A DNA stretch of 64,000 nt from an uncultured delta proteobacterium (GTDB lineage: Bacteria > Desulfobacterota > Binatia > Binatales > Binataceae): NCBI GenBank assembly GCA_963724765.1, contig CAVRVY010000003.1, positions 1,056,001 to 1,120,000 of the forward strand, given 5' to 3'. Positions 56,734-64,000 of this stretch are shown here, in pieces; positions within the stretch are counted from its first letter, which is position 1, and each line of letters begins with the position of its first letter. A program made the translations under genes and the position numbers. The notes under the pieces were generated by a model. That model did no database searches, was not told the DNA's origin, and saw only the letters and a list, made by a program, of their open reading frames with translations.

Positions 56734-57687
56734 TCAGGTCGCGTCTGTGTAGACGTTGGTGAAGTCGGGATTTATCTCGCGTCCGTGATAGAAAATCGCC
56801 GCCCCGAGGTGCTCTTCGGTCCAGGTGATGGTCGGCATGTCGCGCGACACGAAGTAGCCCAGTCCGGCGAAAGTCTCGTTGCGATTGCCAGAGGGATCGA
56901 AGAAGTAGATCGTCGCGCCGCGCGTGATGCCGTGGCGGGTCGGCCCGATGTCGATCTTGACCCGATGCTTGGACATCACGTCGGCCGCGCGCAGGACATC
57001 GTTCCAGTTATCCACGTAGAAGGCGAAGTGATGAAAGCCCGGACGCGGGCCGCCAACGAACGCAATGTCGTGCGGCTTGCTGGTGCAGGAGAGGAACGCG
57101 GCGGCCTGGATGCTGTTGCCCGGACCAACCATCACCTGCTCGGTCAGTTGGAAGTTGAGCACTTCGGTGAAGAAGCGGCAGGTCTCGGCGACCTTGTTGA
57201 CGCCCTTGGATGGTTCGATCTCGGCGACCAGCAGGCAATGGTCCAGATGCATCGCGCCCGCGCCCTTTATATCATCCGGCCACGGGTCCGGATTAGTCAC
57301 ACCGACGCTCTTGCCCACCGCCTCTTTCTCCGCGAACAGGACCATTCGATGGCTGCTCGGGAGCGTGAAGCGGATCGCGCGGCCCACGAATGGGATCGCG
57401 CCGCGCTTGAGTTGCTCGACCTCGATACCTCGTTTGGTGATCGCGTCGCCGAGCGTGTCCAGTTCGGAGTCGCGCTCGACCTTGTACGCGATATAGTTGG
57501 CGCCGGGATGGTCGGAGGGCGTGAGGATTACACTGTAGCGATCCCATTCGTCCCAGGCTTTGTAGTAAGTCGTCCCGCCGCTCTCGCGATGGGTTTCGAT
57601 GAGCCCGATCACGTTGGAGTAATGATCGCGGGCCTTTTCGATGTCCGTTACTCGAACCGAGACGTGTCCGATACGCATCACCGCCAC
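56734..57687 (-). CDS. Catechol 2,3-dioxygenase (extradiol, XylE family)
   Basis: MRIGHV, KAWDEWD, LDHCLL, HHFAF, GPTRHGIT..TIYFFDPSGNRNE (Fe ligands H,H,E). Confidence 0.92.
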   Translation of the reverse strand: MAVMRIGHVSVRVTDIEKARDHYSNVIGLIETHRESGGTTYYKAWDEWDRYSVILTPSDHPGANYIAYKVERDSELDTLGDAITKRGIEVEQLKRGAIPFVGRAIRFTLPSSHRMVLFAEKEAVGKSVGVTNPDPWPDDIKGAGAMHLDHCLLVAEIEPSKGVNKVAETCRFFTEVLNFQLTEQVMVGPGNSIQAAAFLSCTSKPHDIAFVGGPRPGFHHFAFYVDNWNDVLRAADVMSKHRVKIDIGPTRHGITRGATIYFFDPSGNRNETFAGLGYFVSRDMPTITWTEEHLGAAIFYHGREINPDFTNVYTDAT

Positions 57688-57883
57688 GATAGCGTCCTCC
57701 AGGGACCGAGATGCCACGATGCTAACACCGTCGCCGCCCCGCTGTCACCCGTCGCGCCGCGCCTCGTTCGCCCCTTTTCGCCGCGCGGTGGCATCCGATA
57801 TATGGTCGTCTACGGAATCATAGTGGCGCGCGGCGGCCCGCCGAGCCGATCGGCGTGATGGTTGTGAGGAGGTGCCTAGGGCG

Positions 57884-59068
57884 ATGTCGGATATTCCTCC
57901 GCTTGCCGGAATCACGGTCGTCGATCTAACCCGCTACCTGGCCGGGCCGTTTTGCACGCAGATTCTCGGTGACTATGGAGCCGAGGTCATCAAAGTCGAG
58001 CCGGTCAAGGGCGCGCGCGCCGAGATGGGCGGTTATACCGGCAAGGACAGCTATTTCTTCATGAGTACCAACCGCTCCAAGAAAAGCGTGCAAATCGACC
58101 TCAGGCAGGCGGCCGGGCGAGACGTGATGCTGCGTCTGGCCGACCAAGCCGACGTGATGATCGACAATTTTCGTCCCGGCGTGATGGAGGCGATGGGCCT
58201 TGGCTACGAAACGCTCGCCGCGCGCAACCCACGTATCGTCGGATGCTCGATCTCCGGCTTCGGCGCGAGCGGCCCGCTGCGCGATACGCCCGGATTCGAC
58301 CAAATCGCGCAGGGCTTCTCCGGGTTGATGAGCGTGACGGGGACCGAGGAGAGCGGCCCGATGCGGGTCGGGATTGCGATCTGCGATCTGCTGGGCGGGA
58401 TTTTCGCCGCGCAGGGAATCCTGCTCGCGCTCCAGGCGCGCCATCGCAGCGGCCGCGGCCAGCGCGTCGAGACCTCGCTGCTGGAGGCGATCGTCAGCGT
58501 GCTCAGCTGGTCGGCGGGAATCTACTTCGACACCGGACGCCCGCCCGGACCCGCCGGCAACCATCATCCGCTCGCGGCGCCGCACGGTGTTCACGCGGCT
58601 TCCGACCGGCCCTTCAATATCGCCTGCGGCAACGAGACGATGTGGCACGCGCTGGCCGAAGCGATCGGACGGCCCGAACTCAAGGACGACTCGCGCTTTT
58701 CCTCGCTGGGCCATCGGATAAAGCATCGCGCGGCGCTGACCGAGGAGATCAATCTCGCGCTCGCCTCCAATACTGCGGAATACTGGATCGACCTGCTCAA
58801 CCGCGCGGGCATCCCCTCCGGTCCGATCATGACTATCGAGGAGATGTTCAATCATCCGCAGATAGCGGCGCGCGAGATGCTGCTGCGCCTGCCCCATCCG
58901 GTGCGTGGCGAGATCATGACGACCGGGCTTGGGGTGAAACTCTCCGAAACGCCGGGTCATATCACGCGGCCGCCGCTGGTCGGTGAGCATACCGACGAGG
59001 TCCTGACGGCACGCGGCTTCACCCTCGAAGAATTGACCCGTCTGCGTGAGGCTCGGGCAATTGGCTAG
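57884..59068 (+). CDS. CaiB/BaiF family III CoA-transferase
   Basis: LAGP, GAEVIKVE, NRSKKS, DNFRPG, PGFD catalytic Asp. Confidence 0.92.
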   Translation: MSDIPPLAGITVVDLTRYLAGPFCTQILGDYGAEVIKVEPVKGARAEMGGYTGKDSYFFMSTNRSKKSVQIDLRQAAGRDVMLRLADQADVMIDNFRPGVMEAMGLGYETLAARNPRIVGCSISGFGASGPLRDTPGFDQIAQGFSGLMSVTGTEESGPMRVGIAICDLLGGIFAAQGILLALQARHRSGRGQRVETSLLEAIVSVLSWSAGIYFDTGRPPGPAGNHHPLAAPHGVHAASDRPFNIACGNETMWHALAEAIGRPELKDDSRFSSLGHRIKHRAALTEEINLALASNTAEYWIDLLNRAGIPSGPIMTIEEMFNHPQIAAREMLLRLPHPVRGEIMTTGLGVKLSETPGHITRPPLVGEHTDEVLTARGFTLEELTRLREARAIG

Positions 59069-60641
59069 GGCGCCGGTGCCGGAATCATCGCCGGCGCGTG
59101 CGGGGTCGCTGTTCGGCGAGGCACTATGGGCCCCGCTGAGAGGCCGCAGCGCGCTGTGGCTCTGCTGCCTGTTCGGCGCAGAGACGTTGGCGTATGCGCT
59201 GATCCGGCTGCCGACCGATCTAGGCTTCGACGCCAATGCGTTCGGCGATCGGGGCGACTTCCTTTCGATCTCGTACCTGGTCGCACACGGCAGCCGCCCG
59301 GCGATCGATTTCGGCTACCATTGGGGCCTCGTGCCGATCATGCTGGCGCAGGCGTGGTTTGCGCTTTTCGGCGCAACTCCGCAGGCGAACGAGGCGATCA
59401 TGGTCGTCTGTGCGCTGCTGGTTGCTGTCGGTATCGCGCGGATGGCCGCCGCGATGCGCCTGGGCACGCTCGGTATAGTCCTGCTCGTAGTCGCGCTGCC
59501 GTTTGCGTTTCCGACTTTCACACTCACCTACGCTTTGGAAGCCGCGCTACTATCCAATGCGCTGGCGGAGCAGGCTGCACAAAGGCGTTCGACCGCGCTC
59601 GCGCTGACCACGGCGTCGTGCTTCGTGAACCCCAGCATGGCGTACTTCTATGGCTTCGTGCTGTTGCTCGGGCTGCTGTGGGAGAGCCGGCGGCCCGATA
59701 GTGCCGGCGGCTCGTCGACTGACTGGCCAAACATACTGCGCACGGTCACACCGGCCGCGATTACCGGCGCCGTGCTGACACTCATCCTGTCCGCAGCCTA
59801 TGGGCCGCTCGCGCTGGTAAAGACCATCCTGCCGCTGGCCGGGATGGCGGCGCATCGTAACCAGGCGTCGGGTTTCTTTCACGGCGTCGGGCGCGATTTC
59901 TGGTATCAGCCCCGGATGGGGCTGCCCTATTATCTCTTCACCGTAGTCGGCTTCTGGATTGCCGCGACTTTATGGCTGATCGTTGCGGGACTGCGCGCGG
60001 GACGGAGATTGCTATCGGCGCCTGGCACGCGCGACATCTTCGGCGCTGCCGATAGGTTCGTCCTGACCTGCGCCGTACTCCATGTCACGTTCGTCACCGT
60101 TTTTTTCGGATCGGCAGTGAGCTGGCGTTACTACTGCTACATCCTGGTGATGGGTGTCGCGGCGACCAGTATCCGGGACTTACTCTCGGCGCGAATCGCA
60201 GGGCTGCTTACGGCCATGGCTTTACTGGGCAATGTTTCCCATTTCGCACAAATCGCAGTTCGGTGGCGCACGACGGCGCCGAGTCCGGTGACGGCGGGGA
60301 TGTGGGCGTCATCCGAAGAAGTGCATGAATGGGAGCAGGTGCAGCGCGCGACGGGCGGCCATCGCGCGCTGCTGCTGACCGCGATGGGATGCGGTCCCGT
60401 GTTGTCGACCCGTTTCGAGCAGCCGTTCGCCAATCATTTCACTCCTGGAGAGCTGATGCCGGATCAGCTTGCGCGGCTGATGCGGCAGATAGATGGCGCG
60501 CAGCGGATCGTCGTGGTGATTAGCTCCGGCTTCGGCAACATGCTGGTATGGTGGCCCGATATCCAGGGCGCGCTCGACGGCCACGAGCTGCTGTGGAAGG
60601 GCAAGTCGTTCGCGGTATACGGGGCGCGCAGCCCGCGCTAA
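59046..60641 (+). CDS. Multi-pass membrane protein (possibly GT-C-like)
   Basis: About 11 hydrophobic helices, early GDRG..G.RP.IDF.YH.G loop, C-terminal soluble domain. Confidence 0.6.
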   Translation: MRLGQLARAPVPESSPARAGSLFGEALWAPLRGRSALWLCCLFGAETLAYALIRLPTDLGFDANAFGDRGDFLSISYLVAHGSRPAIDFGYHWGLVPIMLAQAWFALFGATPQANEAIMVVCALLVAVGIARMAAAMRLGTLGIVLLVVALPFAFPTFTLTYALEAALLSNALAEQAAQRRSTALALTTASCFVNPSMAYFYGFVLLLGLLWESRRPDSAGGSSTDWPNILRTVTPAAITGAVLTLILSAAYGPLALVKTILPLAGMAAHRNQASGFFHGVGRDFWYQPRMGLPYYLFTVVGFWIAATLWLIVAGLRAGRRLLSAPGTRDIFGAADRFVLTCAVLHVTFVTVFFGSAVSWRYYCYILVMGVAATSIRDLLSARIAGLLTAMALLGNVSHFAQIAVRWRTTAPSPVTAGMWASSEEVHEWEQVQRATGGHRALLLTAMGCGPVLSTRFEQPFANHFTPGELMPDQLARLMRQIDGAQRIVVVISSGFGNMLVWWPDIQGALDGHELLWKGKSFAVYGARSPR

Positions 60642-61109
60642 AAGCCGAGGCGCTCAAAATCAAGGCACCTGCTCAGAACTCGGGACATGATCGCTCGCGG
60701 TAGCATCAAAAAATCCCGACGATCTTAGAACGCGCGCTCGCCTCAGAGCTTGCGCCTCGGGTCTCGCGCGTTTTGCGAATAGCGACTGAAATCAGTTGCT
60801 TAGAAGGTGTTTTCGGCAGTCTTTGAATGCCACTGTCGCATTTCACGAAGAAATCGGCGGCTCCGAAAGCGGGTATCGCCAGCAATTCGCGTATGTATTT
60901 TCAGAGGCACAAGAATTGCTCCAGCTTAGAAGCGGCGCTGAGGTCTCCCCCGAGAACACCGGCGCTTGTCCCCCAAAGGCCGGGCTATCGCCGTAGGTCC
61001 CCCAACGTGCGGTCATTAACGGTAGCCCGGCCTCTTCCTCCTTCTCCATCGACTGGCACTTTTCAACTTGCGGCGCTGTTCAAATTCGCCCGTAGTGGCT
61101 CGCGTTCAT

Positions 61110-61829
61110 TCAGTAAAGCCGCGGCGTCACGAAAATCCCATCGATGAAATGTTTGGTGGCGGTCGCCGCCTTGAAAGGCTTCTTCATCAGCGTGTCCGCG
61201 AGCTCGCGCGCCGCCTTTGCCAGATGCCGCGTCTTGACCACCCGGGTGACCATCCCCATCTCGAACAATTCGCGCGCGGTGTAATGACGGCAGAGGATGG
61301 CGGCTTGCTTGGCGCGCCAGGGGCCCATCCGCATCGCCATCACGATCGCCGGGCCGCCCGTAAATGGCGCACTCAGATCGACCTCCGGCACCCAGAACTC
61401 GGCATCCTCCGCCGCGACCGTGAAATCGAAGGCGAGCGCGAGCGCCCATCCTCCGCCGACCGCGTAGCCGTTGACGGCCGCGATCGTCATGCAGTCCAGG
61501 CGGGTTATCTGATCGAAGGCGCGGCCGATCATCCGCGCCAGTCCGGCGTTGCGCTCGGTGAAGATGCGCCGGCGCTCGTTGGGGTCCTTCACGTCGCTGG
61601 CGCCGGAGACGTCGGCGCCGGCCGAAAACGCGGCGCCGGTGCCGGTAACGATCAGCACGCGGGTTTCGCGGTCGTCGCGGACGTCACGGATCAAGCGCTC
61701 GAATTCGGCCATCACCTCTCGGTTCATGCAGTTGCGCCGCTCGGGCCGGTTGAAGGTTATGGTGGTTAGCGGTCCGTCCTTCGCGAACAGGAAATTCGCG
61801 GGCGTGTTTGCGTTAATCGAATCGCTCAT
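61110..61829 (-). CDS. Enoyl-CoA hydratase/isomerase family protein
   Basis: NRPERRN, FSAGAD, AVNGYAVGGG, F.VPE. Confidence 0.9.
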   Translation of the reverse strand: MSDSINANTPANFLFAKDGPLTTITFNRPERRNCMNREVMAEFERLIRDVRDDRETRVLIVTGTGAAFSAGADVSGASDVKDPNERRRIFTERNAGLARMIGRAFDQITRLDCMTIAAVNGYAVGGGWALALAFDFTVAAEDAEFWVPEVDLSAPFTGGPAIVMAMRMGPWRAKQAAILCRHYTARELFEMGMVTRVVKTRHLAKAARELADTLMKKPFKAATATKHFIDGIFVTPRLY

Positions 61830-61848
61830 CTGACTAGTATTTGGGAGT

Positions 61849-62919
61849 TTATTCGTACGACGATTTCTTCCAGATACCCCGCAGATGCATCAGGGCAATC
61901 TGCCTTTCGATTACCTCTTTGCGATATTCCTGATGCTTCATCGGCGCGCGATCGAGATAAAGATTTTTAGGATAGATCGGCTCCTTGTATAATATCTGGT
62001 AAAGCTCGGTGCGCAGGTCCTTCATCCAGTTGTCCCACTGTGCGTTGCCCCGATGGTAGCGCAGCGCCTCGATATCGATTACCCCGGCCATGTAGGTCGA
62101 CGTTCCGCCGTACTCCTGTTTGCCAACGATTTGCCCGCGATGATTGATGACGAAGGAACGCCCGCCGAAAGTGTCTATCGGCAGATCGCTATCTGGATAT
62201 AGGTAATACGAGCCGAGGTTCGGCGCGACTATATACATATTGTTGTCGAGTGCGCGCGCCCGGCTCTGAATTTCGAATAGCTCGTTGCCAGTGGCCGGAT
62301 GAGGATACGATCCGCGATACACGACCTCCGCGCCGTTCATCGCCAGCGCGCGGGCATTTTCGGGGTATGAGCCCTCGTTCGCCATCATGATGCCGAGCCG
62401 GCCGATGTCCGTCTCCACCACCGGCCAGAATGCCTCCAGCGTCAGCCCGTACTTCTCCACCCACCAGTCGAAAATGTCGTGCGGACAGACCGAATGCTCG
62501 ACCGGAAACAGGGGCGAGACCTTGTAATGGCGCAGGATGATCTCGCCCTGGGGATCGAGGATGAAGCCGACGTTAAAAAAGCGATCCTTCCAGTCGGGAT
62601 GGTGCGCCTTGGCCTGGGCCATGATGAAAGCGTTGTACTGGCGGGCGAGCGCGCCGAGCGCTTCGGTCTCGCGGCCCGGGAGATCGATCGCGCACTCGCG
62701 CGCGTACTGCGAGTGGTCGAGGTCGAGCACCTCGTCGTTGAAGGCCTGCAACGCGCCCTCGGGCAACGCGATCAGGCGCACGGGCAGGTCGAGGCTGGAG
62801 AGCCAGGCCGCGGCCTTGCACATGTGGGCCAGGTGCTCGAGGTTTAACTGGATATCTTCGCGCTTGCGTATTCCGCGCACCGTCGGGATCAACCCGACGG
62901 CGGTGTAAGGCTTAATCAT
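61849..62919 (-). CDS. Nitrilase/carbon-nitrogen hydrolase superfamily protein with Ala at the nucleophile position
   Basis: LPEG (Glu), HYK (Lys), IGRLGIMMANEGSYPE, RARALDN. Confidence 0.8.
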   Translation of the reverse strand: MIKPYTAVGLIPTVRGIRKREDIQLNLEHLAHMCKAAAWLSSLDLPVRLIALPEGALQAFNDEVLDLDHSQYARECAIDLPGRETEALGALARQYNAFIMAQAKAHHPDWKDRFFNVGFILDPQGEIILRHYKVSPLFPVEHSVCPHDIFDWWVEKYGLTLEAFWPVVETDIGRLGIMMANEGSYPENARALAMNGAEVVYRGSYPHPATGNELFEIQSRARALDNNMYIVAPNLGSYYLYPDSDLPIDTFGGRSFVINHRGQIVGKQEYGGTSTYMAGVIDIEALRYHRGNAQWDNWMKDLRTELYQILYKEPIYPKNLYLDRAPMKHQEYRKEVIERQIALMHLRGIWKKSSYE

Positions 62920-62996
62920 GTCGCGCTCCTTTGTTCAGGCCTGGCATCGGCGATGCGGGCCGCCGAAGCCGCCGACAGCATTCGCGCGCGCCGATC

Positions 62997-64000
62997 TCAC
63001 GAAGGCTGATGAGCGACCTTGGGAAGTTCCGCCAGCGCCATCTTTATCGCTTCGTCGGGATACGGGCTGTCTTCGAGTTGGCCGCTCAGATAGCGGTCGT
63101 AGGCCGCCATGTCAAAGTGGCCGTGCCCGGAAAGGGTGAAGAAGATGGTCTTGCGTTCGCCGGTCCGCTTGCAGGCCAGGGCCTCGTCGATCGCCACGCG
63201 GATCGCGTGGTTGGTTTCCGGGGCCGGGATGATTCCCTCGGCGCGCGCGAAGATGAGCCCGGCCTCGAACGTCGCACGCTGCGGCACCGCGATCGCCTCG
63301 ACCAGCCCCTCGTGGTGAAGCTGCGAAACCAGCGGCGAGTCGCCGTGGTAGCGCAGTCCGCCGGCGTGGATTCGCGGTGGCACGAAACTGCGCCCCAGCG
63401 TGTACATCAGCATCAGTGGCGTGAGGCCCGCGGAGTCGCCGGAGTCGTAGGCGTAATGACCGCGGGTCAGCGTGGGGCATGACTCGGGCTCGACCGCGAC
63501 CAAACGTACCTGGCGTCCGGCGGCCTTGTCGGCGAAGAACGGGAACGCGGTGCCGCCGAAATTGGATCCTCCGCCGCAGCAGGCGATTACCACGTCCGGA
63601 TATTCCCCGGCCTTGGCGAACTGTTTTTGCGCCTCCAGCCCGATCACCGTCTGATGCAGCAGCACATGATTGAGTACCGACCCCAGTGCGTAGTTGGTAT
63701 CCTGACGCCCGGCCGCCTCTTCGACCGCTTCGGAGATTGCGATACCGAGTGAGCCGGGAGAGTCGGCGTCGCGCGCCAGCACGGTGCGGCCCGAGTTAGT
63801 GTTCATGCTCGGACTCGCAATCACCTCTGCGCCCCAGGTTTCCATCATCGAGCGACGAAAGGGTTTCTGCTCGTAGCTCACCCGCACCATGTAGACGCGG
63901 ACCTCGATACCGAACATCTGCCCGGCCATCGCCAGCGCGGAACCCCACTGACCGGCGCCGGTCTCGGTGGCGAGGCGATGAACGCCGGCCACGTGATTGT
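62997..64000 (-). CDS. Type-2 tryptophan synthase beta (TrpB2-like), 5'-partial
   Basis: [50 protein letters not shown]. Confidence 0.9.
   Translation of the reverse strand, partial: NHVAGVHRLATETGAGQWGSALAMAGQMFGIEVRVYMVRVSYEQKPFRRSMMETWGAEVIASPSMNTNSGRTVLARDADSPGSLGIAISEAVEEAAGRQDTNYALGSVLNHVLLHQTVIGLEAQKQFAKAGEYPDVVIACCGGGSNFGGTAFPFFADKAAGRQVRLVAVEPESCPTLTRGHYAYDSGDSAGLTPLMLMYTLGRSFVPPRIHAGGLRYHGDSPLVSQLHHEGLVEAIAVPQRATFEAGLIFARAEGIIPAPETNHAIRVAIDEALACKRTGERKTIFFTLSGHGHFDMAAYDRYLSGQLEDSPYPDEAIKMALAELPKVAHQPS

Noticed and set aside
61053-61071. Sigma54 promoter (TGGCAC...TTGC)
   Set aside because: GG-to-GC spacing is 13 nt rather than the required 10.

Overview
High-GC bacterial chromosomal segment. 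Gene order (split atp operon headed by a bactofilin; xerC-hslVU-argBDFGH-lysA-dapF-dapA; glnE) resembles Deltaproteobacteria-like lineages, and Candidatus Binatota is a plausible but unproven guess. Most of it is housekeeping: a cobamide salvage/remodelling cluster (cbiZ-cbiB-cobD-cobT-cobS, cobU, cobalamin riboswitch + btuB), glnE, aroA, atpF'FHAGDC, miaB, rpsU, asnS, trxA, the arg/lys operon, glmU-glmS, a catechol 2,3-dioxygenase and a partial trpB2. Signals the ORF track misses: (1) the first ORF continues upstream through an in-frame TGA in a U-x-x-C motif followed by a perfect SECIS-like hairpin, i.e. a GrdB/PrdB-like selenoprotein; (2) in a ~4.8 kb accessory patch between rpsU and asnS lies a ~160-nt structured non-coding unit bounded by a promoter and a terminator, followed by a second terminated segment partly complementary to it, which I cannot assign to any RNA family I know; (3) an unbroken relay of ATGA-overlapping mini-ORFs bridges cbiB and cobD; (4) a nitrilase-fold protein has Ala at its nucleophile position; (5) a small Cys/His protein is embedded between argG and argH. 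I recognised no tRNA, rRNA, CRISPR array or intact transposase. All calls come from reading motifs by eye; no database searches were run.
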